Source: Gemmatimonadales bacterium
GTDB lineage: Bacteria; Gemmatimonadota; Gemmatimonadetes; Gemmatimonadales; GWC2-71-9
Direction: 5' to 3'
Assembly: GCA_036257415.1 (NCBI GenBank)
Contig: DATAFP010000039.1
Location: 1 to 45,569 of the forward strand
DNA length: 45,569 nucleotides
Part shown: positions 26,394-35,564 of the stretch, in pieces
Layout: the number at the start of each line of letters is the position of its first letter
Numbering within the stretch: position 1 is the first letter of the stretch
The notes under the pieces: generated by a model
The model's input: only the letters and a program-made list of their open reading frames with translations
Database searches by the model: none
What the model was told of the DNA's origin: nothing
Position numbers and translations under genes: made by a program

Positions 26394-28544
26394 ATGGCGG
26401 CTGATCAACCGCTGTCGTCGGCCTTCCTCCGGGGCATGTGCGGTGGCTGCTGTGTCGCTGCGTTGAACGCCGCGGCGCCCGCGGCTCAGCAGGCCGCGAA
26501 GCACCCGGTCACGCACGAGGACATCTGGCTCATGAAGCGGGTAGGCCCGCCGGTGCCGAGCCCCGATGGGCGGTGGATTGCCTTCACGCTGACCGAGCCC
26601 GCTTACGATGATTCCAGCAAGGTCGAAGATCTGTGGCTGGTTGCGGCCGACGGCAAAAGCGCGCCTCGGCGTCTCACCACCGCCCGCGGGAAGGAAAGCG
26701 AGCCGGCATGGAGCCCCGACGGCACCCGGATCGCCTTCGCGGCCAAGCGCGAGGGGGACGATGCCGGACAGATCTACGTGCTCGAGCTCGCGGGCGGTGA
26801 AGCGAAGCGGGTGACCAAGCTCTCCGGCGGGGCTTCGAGCCCACGCTGGCGGCCCGATGGCGGCGCGCTGCTGGTCAACACGACAGTGCATCAGGGCGCC
26901 ACCGACGAGGCGTCGAACGCGAAGCTCGCCGCCGAGCGGAAAGCGCGGAAGTACAACGTGCGGGTGTACCAAGGCGGCGGCCCGATCCGCTATTGGGACC
27001 GCTGGCTGGACGGCACCCGCCCGCAGCTCGCCGTGGCCGACCCGGCTGGCGCCGCGCCCGCTCGGCTCCTGTTCGCGAACACGAAGCTCGCTGCGGAGCC
27101 GGGCTTTGGCGGCCGTTTCACCGACGAGCGGGAAACCCTCGACGCCGTCTGGACGCCGGACGGCTCCGCCATCGTCTTCGCGGCCACCACCCACCGGAAC
27201 CGCGCCGCCACCGAGATCATTCGCAGCGATCTGTTCATCGTTCCGGCGTCCGGCGGCGAACCCCGCCCGCTGACGGCCGGGCCGGACAGCTACGGCGCAC
27301 CGGCCTTTTCTCCCGACGGCGATCGCCTCGCCGCCGTGGTCAATCTCGAGTCCCCCAAGCTCTATACCCACGACCGCCTGGTGGTCTGGCCCTGGCCGGC
27401 GCTCGAGCCCCGCACCGTCGTCACCGCAGGGCTCGACCGCGCGGTGTCGAGCTGGGCGTTCACGCCCGCCGGTGATTCGCTCTACCTGACCGCGGAGGAT
27501 GCCGGCCACGAGAAGCTGTACCGCGTCGGATCGGCGGGCGGACCGGTGCGTCTCGCGCACGAGCTGGACGCCGGCGTCTACACCTCGCTGGCTGTTCCGC
27601 CGAAGGCTGCCGCGACGACGCTGTTCGTCCGGTGGGGCAGCGCGGTCCATCCGGCGGAGATCGTCCGTGTCGACGCGGCCGGCCATCGCACGCCGCTCAC
27701 CGATTTCAACGGCGCGCGCTCCGCCGCCATCGACTGGCAGCCGGCGCGGAGCTTCACGTTTACCAGCCGCCGCGGACGGTCCATTCACAATCTGCTGGTG
27801 CTCCCGCCCGGGTTCGATTCGACCCGGCACTATCCGCTGTACGTGATGATGCACGGCGGTCCCCACAACATGTGGCGCGACGAGTTCTTCATCCGGTGGA
27901 ACTACCACCTGCTCGCCGCCCCCGGCTACGTCGTCCTGCTCACGAACTACACCGGGTCCACCGGTTTCACCGAAGCCTTCGCGCAGGCGATTCAGGGGGA
28001 TCCCTTTGCGGCGGCCGGCGAGGAGATCAACCAGGCCGCCGACGAGGCCATCCGCAGATTTCCCGTCATCGATCGCAGTCGGCAATGCGCCGGCGGCGCG
28101 AGCTATGGTGGCCATCTGGCCAACTGGCTCGAGGCCACCACGACCCGCTACCGCTGTTTGATCAATCACGCGGGTCTGATGGATGCCCGGTCCCAATGGG
28201 CCACCAGCGACCTCAGCTTCTCGCGCGAGGTATCCTACGGCGGGCCGCCGTGGCAGGGCGGGCGGCTTTGGCGGGAGCAGAATCCGATCAGCCACGCGGC
28301 GAGCTTCCGTACACCGATGCTCGTCACGGTGGGCGAGAAGGACTACCGCGTACCGCTCAACAATGCGCTGGAAACCTGGACGGTGCTGCAGCGGCTCGAG
28401 ATCCCGAGCCGGCTCTTGGTCTTCCCGGACGAGAACCACTGGATCCTCAAGGGCGAGAACAGCCGGTTCTTCTACGCCGAGGTGCATGCGTGGCTGGCGA
28501 AGTACCTGAGCATGCCGCGGGCAGCGGACGCAGCCCGGCAGTAA
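26394..28544 (+). CDS. S9 family serine peptidase (prolyl oligopeptidase / acylaminoacyl-peptidase type) with N-terminal beta-propeller
   Basis: Repeated SPDG/WSPDG propeller motifs. The catalytic triad is visible: GGASYGGHL (GxSxGG), VGEKDYRVP (Asp) and DENHWI (His). Confidence 0.85.
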   Translation: MAADQPLSSAFLRGMCGGCCVAALNAAAPAAQQAAKHPVTHEDIWLMKRVGPPVPSPDGRWIAFTLTEPAYDDSSKVEDLWLVAADGKSAPRRLTTARGKESEPAWSPDGTRIAFAAKREGDDAGQIYVLELAGGEAKRVTKLSGGASSPRWRPDGGALLVNTTVHQGATDEASNAKLAAERKARKYNVRVYQGGGPIRYWDRWLDGTRPQLAVADPAGAAPARLLFANTKLAAEPGFGGRFTDERETLDAVWTPDGSAIVFAATTHRNRAATEIIRSDLFIVPASGGEPRPLTAGPDSYGAPAFSPDGDRLAAVVNLESPKLYTHDRLVVWPWPALEPRTVVTAGLDRAVSSWAFTPAGDSLYLTAEDAGHEKLYRVGSAGGPVRLAHELDAGVYTSLAVPPKAAATTLFVRWGSAVHPAEIVRVDAAGHRTPLTDFNGARSAAIDWQPARSFTFTSRRGRSIHNLLVLPPGFDSTRHYPLYVMMHGGPHNMWRDEFFIRWNYHLLAAPGYVVLLTNYTGSTGFTEAFAQAIQGDPFAAAGEEINQAADEAIRRFPVIDRSRQCAGGASYGGHLANWLEATTTRYRCLINHAGLMDARSQWATSDLSFSREVSYGGPPWQGGRLWREQNPISHAASFRTPMLVTVGEKDYRVPLNNALETWTVLQRLEIPSRLLVFPDENHWILKGENSRFFYAEVHAWLAKYLSMPRAADAARQ

Positions 28545-31192
28545 CCGATCCCGCGATCGACCTCCTCGCCGCCGCGCTCGGCGAGCGTTACGCGATCGAG
28601 TCGCTGCTCGGCCGCGGCACTTCGGCCTCGGTCTTTCTCGCCCACGATCTCCGCCACGGACGGCGAGTAGCGCTCAAGGTGCTGCACGACGTGCTGGGCT
28701 CGGCGGTCGGGATCGAGCGGTTCCAGCGCGAAATCCGCGTCGCCGCCCGGCTGCAGCATCCCAACATCCTCCCGCTGTTCGATTCGGGCGCCGACGCTGG
28801 CCGCCTCTGGTATGTCACCCCGCTGGTCGAGACCGGATCATTGCGAGATCGGCTGGCCGCGGGCGGACCCCTGCCCCCAGGCGAGGCGGCGGCGCTGGGC
28901 GCCGAGGTGGCCGACGCGCTGGCGCACGCGCATGCCGCCGGAATCGTCCACCGCGACATCAAGCCGGAAAACATCCTGATGGGCGCCGGGGGTCACGCGC
29001 TGCTCGCCGATTTCGGGATCGCGGGCGCGCTGGATCCGATCACCTCCGGCGAGCGATCGCTCACCGAAACCGGCATCGCCGTCGGCACGCCGCTGTACAT
29101 GAGTCCCGAACAGGCCACGGGAAGCGGCGGGTATGACGGGCGAAGTGACATCTACGCGCTCGGAGCCGTCGTGTTCGAAGCGCTCACCGGGCGGCCGCCG
29201 TTCGATGGCGACAACGTGCGGGAGATCATCGTCCGCCGCCTCGTCGAGGAGCCGCCTTCGGCGCGGCGGATCCGACCCGAGGTGCCCGCCGAGCTCGATC
29301 GGGTCGTCCGGCGCGCGATGGCACGGCGACGGGAAGAGCGGTTCGAAAGCGCCGCGGAGTTTGGGCGGGCGTTGCGCGATGGACGGATGGCCGGATGGTC
29401 CCCAGGACGCAGGCGGCTTCGCGCGAATTGGCGGGTAGCGGCCGGAGGCGTCGCACTGCTGGCTCTGGTGGCCGCAGGGCTGTGGGCATGGCGGGTGGCC
29501 CGTCCGACCATCCGACGCTCTGACCAGCCGTCCATCCCGGTCGTCGCCGTCCTTCCGTTCAAGAGCCTGGGCCCGCCAGACGAGCAGTATTTCGCCGACG
29601 GGCTCACCGAAGAGATCACGAGCAGGCTGGCTGGCGTGAGTGGGCTGCGGGTGATCTCGCGCACCAGCGCCGACCAATATCGCGGCACCACGAAGTCAAT
29701 GCGTGAGATCGGCGCGGAGCTCGGCGCCGCCTACGTGCTCGAGGGGAGCGTTCGCCTCGATCGGGCCGCGGGTGCCTCGGGGCGGGTCCGGGTGACCCCG
29801 CAGCTCATCCGGGTGGCAGATGACACCCATCTTTGGGCCGAAGGGTACGACGCGGAGCTTCCCGGCGTCTTCCAGCTGCAGACCACCATCGCAGAGCGGG
29901 TGGCCGGCGCGCTGGACGTGGCGCTCCGCGAGCCCGAGCAGGAGATGTTGGCAGAAGGTGGCACCGCCAACAGCGAGGCGTACGACCTCTATCTGCGGGC
30001 CAATGAGTACATGCAGCGGGGCACGGAGCGCGCCTCCCTCGTTCCCGCCGTGCAACTGTACCAGCGCGCTGCGGATCTCGATCCCAGGTTTGCACTCGCC
30101 CTGGCGCGGCTCGGGTCGGTGCACGCCGCGATGTACTGGTTCTTCCACGATCGGACCGCCGCGCGGCTCGCGCTCGCCCGGCAGGCGGCGGATTCGTCGC
30201 TTCGTCTGGTACCCGGACTTCCCGAGGGGCGGATCGCCCTCGGCCTCTATCACTATTGGGGCAGCCTCGACTACGAGCGAGCCCTCGCCGAGCTCGAGCC
30301 GGCGCGACGACGCCAGCCGAGCAACAGCTTCCTGCTCGCCGCCATCGGGTACGTCGAGCGCCGCCGCGGGCGGGAGGAGCAGGCGCTGGAGGCGCTGGAG
30401 GAAGCGGCCCGGCTCGACCCACGCTCACCGTTACGACAGCTCGAGGTGGGCACCACCGCGCTTCAAATGCGGCGCTACGCGGAAGCGGAGCGGGCGCTCG
30501 ATCGCTCCATCGCGCTCGGCCCGGACCTGCCCACGGCGTATGCCTATCGGGCCATGCTGGATGTCATCTGGCGCGGCGACCTCGCTCACGCCCGGCAGGT
30601 CTATCGCGATGCGTTGCAGCGGATGGGGCCGGAGCGTCTCATGGTCCAGGCCTACAACTCCGACCGGATCTCGGGCGCCGTGGTCACCGCCGACAGCGGA
30701 TTGCGCCGGGCGCTCGCCGGCGTGACCGCGGGGACGTTTGCAGGGGACAGCGCCCGCTATCACCTGCTCAAGGCGGAAGCGGCCTGGTTCGCCGGAGATC
30801 AGCCGGCCCGTCTGGCGCACGCCGATTCCGCCCGACGGCTGTTCGAGGCGGCGCTCCAGTCTCTGCCCAACGATGCCCGCCGCCTGGCCCACTTGGCCGT
30901 GGTATACTCATTCCTCGGCCGTCACACCGACGCAGTGCGGGCTGGCCTGCGAGCGGTCGAATTGCTCCCCGTGAGCCTGGACGCGCACGCCGGGCCGTTC
31001 CTCACGGCGAGTCTCGCGCGGAACTACATGCTGGCTGGTGAGCGCGACAGCGCCGTGGCGCTGCTGGAGCGACTCCTCCGGATCCCATCTTGGATCTCGT
31101 CGGCGGAACTTCGGGTGGACCCGACCTGGGATCCGCTTCGCGACCATCCCCGCTTCAAGGAGCTGGCCCACGCCGATGCTGCGAATCCGTGA
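28490..31192 (+). CDS. Ser/Thr protein kinase with TM helix, TolB-N-like periplasmic module and TPR tail
   Basis: GRGTSASVF, VALK, HRDIKPENIL, DFGIA and SPEQ. A TM helix VAAGGVALLALVAAGLWAW follows, then PVVAVLPFKSLG...FADGLTEEITSRL, then TPR repeats. The start is uncertain: GTG 28490 is the nearest canonical start upstream of the conserved N-terminus and overlaps the S9 gene by 55 nt. Confidence 0.85.
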   Translation: MAGEVPEHAAGSGRSPAVTDPAIDLLAAALGERYAIESLLGRGTSASVFLAHDLRHGRRVALKVLHDVLGSAVGIERFQREIRVAARLQHPNILPLFDSGADAGRLWYVTPLVETGSLRDRLAAGGPLPPGEAAALGAEVADALAHAHAAGIVHRDIKPENILMGAGGHALLADFGIAGALDPITSGERSLTETGIAVGTPLYMSPEQATGSGGYDGRSDIYALGAVVFEALTGRPPFDGDNVREIIVRRLVEEPPSARRIRPEVPAELDRVVRRAMARRREERFESAAEFGRALRDGRMAGWSPGRRRLRANWRVAAGGVALLALVAAGLWAWRVARPTIRRSDQPSIPVVAVLPFKSLGPPDEQYFADGLTEEITSRLAGVSGLRVISRTSADQYRGTTKSMREIGAELGAAYVLEGSVRLDRAAGASGRVRVTPQLIRVADDTHLWAEGYDAELPGVFQLQTTIAERVAGALDVALREPEQEMLAEGGTANSEAYDLYLRANEYMQRGTERASLVPAVQLYQRAADLDPRFALALARLGSVHAAMYWFFHDRTAARLALARQAADSSLRLVPGLPEGRIALGLYHYWGSLDYERALAELEPARRRQPSNSFLLAAIGYVERRRGREEQALEALEEAARLDPRSPLRQLEVGTTALQMRRYAEAERALDRSIALGPDLPTAYAYRAMLDVIWRGDLAHARQVYRDALQRMGPERLMVQAYNSDRISGAVVTADSGLRRALAGVTAGTFAGDSARYHLLKAEAAWFAGDQPARLAHADSARRLFEAALQSLPNDARRLAHLAVVYSFLGRHTDAVRAGLRAVELLPVSLDAHAGPFLTASLARNYMLAGERDSAVALLERLLRIPSWISSAELRVDPTWDPLRDHPRFKELAHADAANP

Positions 31193-31589
31193 CCTGCGGG
31201 TGCTGACGCTCGAGGGGGCCAACGTGCTCGCCGACGCCGCCGAAGCCGAGGCGCGCCGACGGGAGTGGACCGTGGCGATCGCCGTGGTGAATCCTCAGGC
31301 GGGCCTCATCCATTTCCGGTGTATGGACGGCACCCAGCCCGGCAGTCAGCAGGTGGCGATCGAAAAGGCGCGCACCGCGGCCAACTTCAAGCGGCCCACC
31401 AAGGCGCTGGAGGACGCGCTCACCGCCGGGCGGACCGGGCTGCTCTCCATGCCCGGCATCATCACGCTGGAAGGAGGCGTACCGGTGATTGTGGACGGCC
31501 AGATCGTAGGCGCGATTGGCATCAGCGGGATGCAGTCGACGCAGGACGGTATTATCGCCGCCGCCGCCTTGGCGGCGTTCAGCGCATGA
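31176..31589 (+). CDS. GlcG/HbpS-like (DUF336) haem-binding family protein
   Basis: [15 protein letters not shown] and [19 protein letters not shown] blocks. ATG 31176 overlaps the kinase 3' end by 17 nt. No signal peptide. Confidence 0.75.
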   Translation: MLRIRDLRVLTLEGANVLADAAEAEARRREWTVAIAVVNPQAGLIHFRCMDGTQPGSQQVAIEKARTAANFKRPTKALEDALTAGRTGLLSMPGIITLEGGVPVIVDGQIVGAIGISGMQSTQDGIIAAAALAAFSA

Positions 31590-32077
31590 GCCGGCGGCAC
31601 GTCGTCGCGGCGCTCCTCCCGCTGGCGGTGGCCTGTTCGAGCGGCGCGCCCACACCCGGCGCGGAGACTCCCCGCGGCGTCGTCACCCGCATCGACTCCA
31701 ACGCCATCGTGCTCACCACCGGACAGGGCATCGGCGATCCCACCCGTTCCGTCATCCGCGACTCGACCGCATGGAAAGAGTTCTGGGCTCAGGCCAACGC
31801 CCAGGTAGAGCCGGCGCCGCCGTTGCCGGCCGTGAACTTCGCCGACTCGATGCTGCTGGTGGCGACGCTCGGCACCCGGTCGAGCGGCGGCCACTCGGTG
31901 AGCATCGACAGCGTCGCCCGCGGTACTACGCTCAGGGTATTCGTCACCGCAGTGACGCCCGGCTCCGACTGCGTCACCACCATGGCGATCACCTGGCCGG
32001 TGCAGGTCGTGCGGGTGGCGCGCTTCGATGGGTCGGTGGAGTTCGTCGAGGCCGAGCGAGAGGAGAGGTGCAACTGA
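31586..32077 (+). CDS. PrcB-like lipoprotein
   Basis: ATGA overlap with the upstream stop. [17 protein letters not shown] provides a lipobox. [12 protein letters not shown]...[27 protein letters not shown] resembles the PrcB C-terminal domain. Confidence 0.45.
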   Translation: MSRRHVVAALLPLAVACSSGAPTPGAETPRGVVTRIDSNAIVLTTGQGIGDPTRSVIRDSTAWKEFWAQANAQVEPAPPLPAVNFADSMLLVATLGTRSSGGHSVSIDSVARGTTLRVFVTAVTPGSDCVTTMAITWPVQVVRVARFDGSVEFVEAEREERCN

Positions 32078-32409
32078 TGCGATGTCTCGTGGTCACCACG
32101 CCGACCATTGAAGGCCGGCACATCATCAACTATCTCGGGATTGTGAGCGGCGAGGCGATCCTCGGCGCGAACATCTTCCGGGACCTCTTCGCAGGCATCC
32201 GGGACATCGTGGGCGGCCGTTCCGCCGCTTACGAGCAGGAGCTGCGAAAAGCGAAGACCATCGCCATCAAGGAAATGGAAGACCAGGCGGTGGAAATGGG
32301 CGCCAACGCGGTCGTCGCGGTGGACCTGGATTACGAGACCATCCAGGTCGGCTCGGGCGGCGGGATGCTGATGGTCAGCGCGAGCGGCACCGCGGTAGTG
32401 GTGGAGTAG
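32077..32409 (+). CDS. YbjQ/UPF0145 family protein
   Basis: 110 aa. The sequence [43 protein letters not shown]...YE is the canonical UPF0145 sequence. The ATG shares one base with the upstream TGA. Confidence 0.85.
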   Translation: MRCLVVTTPTIEGRHIINYLGIVSGEAILGANIFRDLFAGIRDIVGGRSAAYEQELRKAKTIAIKEMEDQAVEMGANAVVAVDLDYETIQVGSGGGMLMVSASGTAVVVE

Positions 32410-32476
32410 CAACCGTCCATCTGTAATCAATTCGGTGCTCGGGTGCCCGGCCCGGCATAATCCCTGTCGTCGCCGA

Positions 32477-32713
32477 TTACCGGCCCAGCTGGAGACCGAG
32501 TGCACCGGCGCTGAGCCCGTCGTCGTTCGGGTCGTCGGTGCCGGCGTGATAGCGGACCAGTCCGAGGCCGCCCTTGACGGTCGCAGTTGACACGGTGGAC
32601 GCGCCGCGGAGTCCGCCGCCGGCCCAGAATCCGCCGAGCTTTACTTGCTGCGCCTGCACCGGCGCCGCGACCAGCGCCAACGCGGTCAGCAGGGTCGTCG
32701 TCCGGAACGTCAT
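32477..32713 (-). CDS. small exported Gly-rich protein
   Basis: ATG 32713 is preceded by GGAGGA. Signal peptide MTFRTTTLLTALALVAAPVQAQ. The mature part is about 56 aa and Gly-rich. Confidence 0.5.
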   Translation of the reverse strand: MTFRTTTLLTALALVAAPVQAQQVKLGGFWAGGGLRGASTVSTATVKGGLGLVRYHAGTDDPNDDGLSAGALGLQLGR

Positions 32714-32831
32714 GGCCTCCTCCAAGGAAGGGGTTTGCAGCCCCAGAAGGGGCGAGTTTCGGGCCAACTGCCAGCCAACCGGGTCCTGGAATTGCCCTTT
32801 GTACCGGCATTCCCCACGACCGGTAGGCACG

Positions 32832-34110
32832 GTGACGCCATCGCAAGCGATTGCGACCGCTCCCTTGGTGCGCGGCGCCGCATCGATTTGGGCCCGGCTC
32901 AGGACGCTGCTCGCCGATCAGATCGACGAGATCGCCGCCGATCGAGTGCTCCGCGCGTATGGTGCCGCCCTTGCGCTCACCCACCTCTTGAGCGCGGTGT
33001 TCTGGTGGCAGGAAGACGCCGGCGCGATGGTGCATCGCGCGGCGGAGCCGATTTGCTGGGGCCTGGTGCCGAATTGCGTCGCGCTGCGGGTGTTTTCGGA
33101 GGCGCAGTTCGAGCTCGCGATCGCCGCGTACGGCCTCGCTGCCGTGCTGATCGCGCCCCTGTTCGCTCGGCGCCGGCTCACGCTGTACGGCTACCTCGGG
33201 CTGGTCGGGCTCACGCTCTTCAAGCTGTTCATCCTCGCGCTCGATTTCCGCCTCCGGCGCAATCAGCACTACATGGCGCTCTGGGTTACCGGCGCGTTCC
33301 TGCTGGTGCCGGGCCGCCGCGAGGCCCTGCGGGTGCTGCTGGTGCTGTTCCGGAACGCTCAAGCTCAACTGGGAGTGGCTGTCAGGTGCGGGGTTGTACC
33401 GACCGCTGTGGTTGATCAAGGGACCGGCGATGATCATGGCGGCGTGCGCGTACGTGATCGTCATGGAACTGGTCATCTCCTGGGGCCTCTTGTCCGGGCG
33501 GCGCTGGATTTTCTGGGGCACCTTCGCCCAGCTGCTGCTCTTCCACGTGATGTCGTGGCCGGTGGTGGGATTCTTCTACCCCGTGATCATGTTCCTCCTG
33601 CTGACCATAGTGCTGCTGGACCGGCTCGACCCGTCGGATCGATCCGCTCCCGAGCTGCTCCGGCCATTGTGGGCCGGTACCGCGCGCGCGGGGAGTTACC
33701 TGGTTCTTATCGCCTTCTCGCTGTTCCAGCTGTTTCCGTACACCTTCCCGGGCGACCGCGCGATCACCGGAGAGGGCAGGATCTACGGCCTGCACATGTT
33801 CGATGCGCGGGTGGCCTGCGCGGTGACCGCGACCGTCGAGGAGCGGTCCGGGGCCGTCCGAACCATCAGCCTGAAGCCGGGTCTGCCGCCCAGGATGGAC
33901 TGCGATCCACTCGTGGCGTATCATCGAGCGCGGAACCTTTGCGAAGGCCGAGGGCTGCTGCCGCTCGATGTCGCCGATCTGCGGCTGCGTATCGCGAGCC
34001 GGCGCACCACCGAGCCCGAGCTGCGGCCAGTAGTGGACGTGCCGAACTTCTGCACCAAGATGCCGAGGTATGACCCACTCCGGCCGAACCTCTGGATTAA
34101 TCACTGGTAG
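32832..34110 (+). pseudogene. HTTM (vitamin-K-dependent-carboxylase-like) domain membrane protein, one frameshift
   Basis: The frame-0 part runs ...AADRVLRAYGAALALTHLL...ALRVLLVLF to about 33350. It continues as SGTLKLNWEWLSGAGLYRPLWLIKG... in frame +1 to TAG 34110. The KLNxEWLSG and GEGRIYGLHMFD blocks resemble HTTM motifs. The start (GTG 32832) is tentative. Confidence 0.45.
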
Positions 34111-34115
34111 CAAGC

Positions 34116-34250
34116 GTGCCTAGCACTGCCGTGCTCGCGGCGGCAGTGGTGGCTCTGGTGCTCGCAGGCTGTCGCGAGAGCACCGGGCGCCTGAGCGCCG
34201 AGGGTTGGGCGAGCGACATTCGAGCTGTTGTCCGGAACGCGCAGCGCTGA
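34116..34250 (+). CDS. possible 44-aa lipoprotein (not in the ORF track)
   Basis: A GTG start gives MPSTAVLAAAVVALVLAGCRESTG... with a clean lipobox LAGC. It could also be a remnant of a longer gene. Confidence 0.25.
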   Translation: MPSTAVLAAAVVALVLAGCRESTGRLSAEGWASDIRAVVRNAQR

Positions 34251-34265
34251 ACCAGCGGAGGTCGC

Positions 34266-34655
34266 ATGCCTCGCGTCGTCCATTTCGAGATCCACGCCGA
34301 GCAGCCACAGCGCGCCATCAAGTTCTATCAGACGGTTCTCGGCTGGACCTTCCACCAGTGGCCGGGTCTCTCGGAGTATTGGCTGGTCACCACCGGGCCG
34401 AAGGAGCAGCCGGGTATCGACGGCGGACTTATTCTTCGCCGCGGGCCCCCGCCGGTGGACGGGCAGGCAGTGAACGCGTTCGTGTGCACGGTGGAAGTGG
34501 CCAACCTGGACGATGCCGTGAGCGCCGCGGTTGACGCCGGTGGAAGCATCGCGGTGGCGAAGGTGGCGGTGCCCGGGGTAGGGTGGCTCGCCTACGTCAA
34601 GGACACGGAGGGCAACATCCTCGGCATGATGCAAACCGACTCGGCCGCCGCCTGA
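34266..34655 (+). CDS. VOC (glyoxalase/bleomycin-resistance) family protein
   Basis: VHFEIHAEQPQRAIKFYQTVLGW and GVGWLAYVKDTEGNILGMMQ are typical VOC ends. GGAGG lies upstream of the ATG. Confidence 0.8.
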   Translation: MPRVVHFEIHAEQPQRAIKFYQTVLGWTFHQWPGLSEYWLVTTGPKEQPGIDGGLILRRGPPPVDGQAVNAFVCTVEVANLDDAVSAAVDAGGSIAVAKVAVPGVGWLAYVKDTEGNILGMMQTDSAAA

Positions 34656-34661
34656 GCCGAG

Positions 34662-35564
34662 TCAGGCGCCCGCGCTGAGTCGCGCATAAAGGCCGTCGAA
34701 CACCGAACCGCTCCGCGCCAACCGGTCCGCGTCGTCCCCAACCTCCAGCGTCATTCCCCGAAGCACCGTCTCGACCCCAATCGTTTCCTTCCGCCCGTAG
34801 CGCTCTTCCTTGAGATCGATGTCGTGCACGATCTCGCCGATCGCGGTGAGCGCCGGGTCAGTGAGGCCGAACCGGAGCAGCAGCGTCTCGAAGGTGCAGC
34901 GGTCACCCTCGTGGGTGTACTCCCCCCCGAACATGTCGAACCGCCGCTCGTGCGACTCGGGGCTGTAGCTCCGATCGGCGACGAACTTGAAGCGGGCCGC
35001 GGGATCGATGAACCGGCGGATGAGCCAGGCGCTCGCCATCCGGTCCACGAACACCCCCGCGCGGGTCACCCACACCGCCCCTTTGGGACCCTCCGGGGTC
35101 GCGGCCGACCCGCGGGCGACCGCCTGTTCGGCTGAACCTCGCCCCACCGCGTCGAAGAAGTCGTTTCGCATGACTGCCTCCAGCCGCCGCCGGAGCCGGT
35201 CCGGTGCCACGCCCAGCCCGGCATCCCGTTCGATCTCGGCATACTCGGTGTCCCGCTCCCGGCGAAACGCCGCTTCCAGCCCCGCATCGTCTATCCCCGC
35301 CAGCATCCGCGCCGAGCAGACAGTCGCCTCGCCACCGTCCGCGACCACCTCGCGCAACAGCCACTCTAGGTCCTCCCGAGCGTCGTCGGTCTCCGGCAGC
35401 ACATAGACCGAGTTCTTCAATGGCACGGCGCCGACCCGCTGGAGCCGCCGCCGGACCTTGACCCGCAGATAATCGGGCTTGGGCGGGATCTGGTGGATGA
35501 AGAGCAGCCAGGCTCGTGGCCGGCCAGGTGCCTCTTGTGCTTTTGATTCAGATGAATCATTCAT
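34662..35564 (-). CDS. ChrB-domain (chromate-resistance regulator-like) protein
   Basis: N-terminal WLLFIHQIPPKPDYLRVKVRRRLQRVGAVPLKNSVYVLP. C-terminal VWVTRAGVFVDRMASAWLIRRFIDPAARF...EYTHEGDRCTFE. No chrA gene is nearby. Confidence 0.7.
   Translation of the reverse strand: MNDSSESKAQEAPGRPRAWLLFIHQIPPKPDYLRVKVRRRLQRVGAVPLKNSVYVLPETDDAREDLEWLLREVVADGGEATVCSARMLAGIDDAGLEAAFRRERDTEYAEIERDAGLGVAPDRLRRRLEAVMRNDFFDAVGRGSAEQAVARGSAATPEGPKGAVWVTRAGVFVDRMASAWLIRRFIDPAARFKFVADRSYSPESHERRFDMFGGEYTHEGDRCTFETLLLRFGLTDPALTAIGEIVHDIDLKEERYGRKETIGVETVLRGMTLEVGDDADRLARSGSVFDGLYARLSAGA

Noticed and set aside
26157-28487. A 776-aa ORF antisense to the S9 peptidase. Similar long shadow ORFs occur elsewhere, for example 35605-37251 (-), 6519-7823 (+), 6973-8469 (-), 9938-11185 (-), 16602-17651 (+) and 17806-18498 (+).
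   Set aside because: Their translations are Arg/Gly/Pro/Ala-rich low-complexity strings with no motifs. They fully overlap ORFs that do carry clear family motifs. This is the usual stop-codon-poor alternative-frame artefact of very GC-rich DNA.
27632-28489. A roughly 286-codon N-terminal extension of the kinase ORF.
   Set aside because: It lies entirely inside the S9 peptidase gene in another frame, and its translation has no protein-like character.
34651-34666. The CCTGA-N6-TCAGG mini-hairpin formed by the two convergent stop codons (VOC and chrB-like), as a possible terminator.
   Set aside because: It has only a 5-bp stem, which is too short to call. It is probably a coincidence of TGA/TCA symmetry.
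34662-35564. Reading this region as a chromate resistance operon.
   Set aside because: Only the ChrB-domain gene is present. No ChrA transporter, ChrC or ChrF homologue can be read anywhere in the window.
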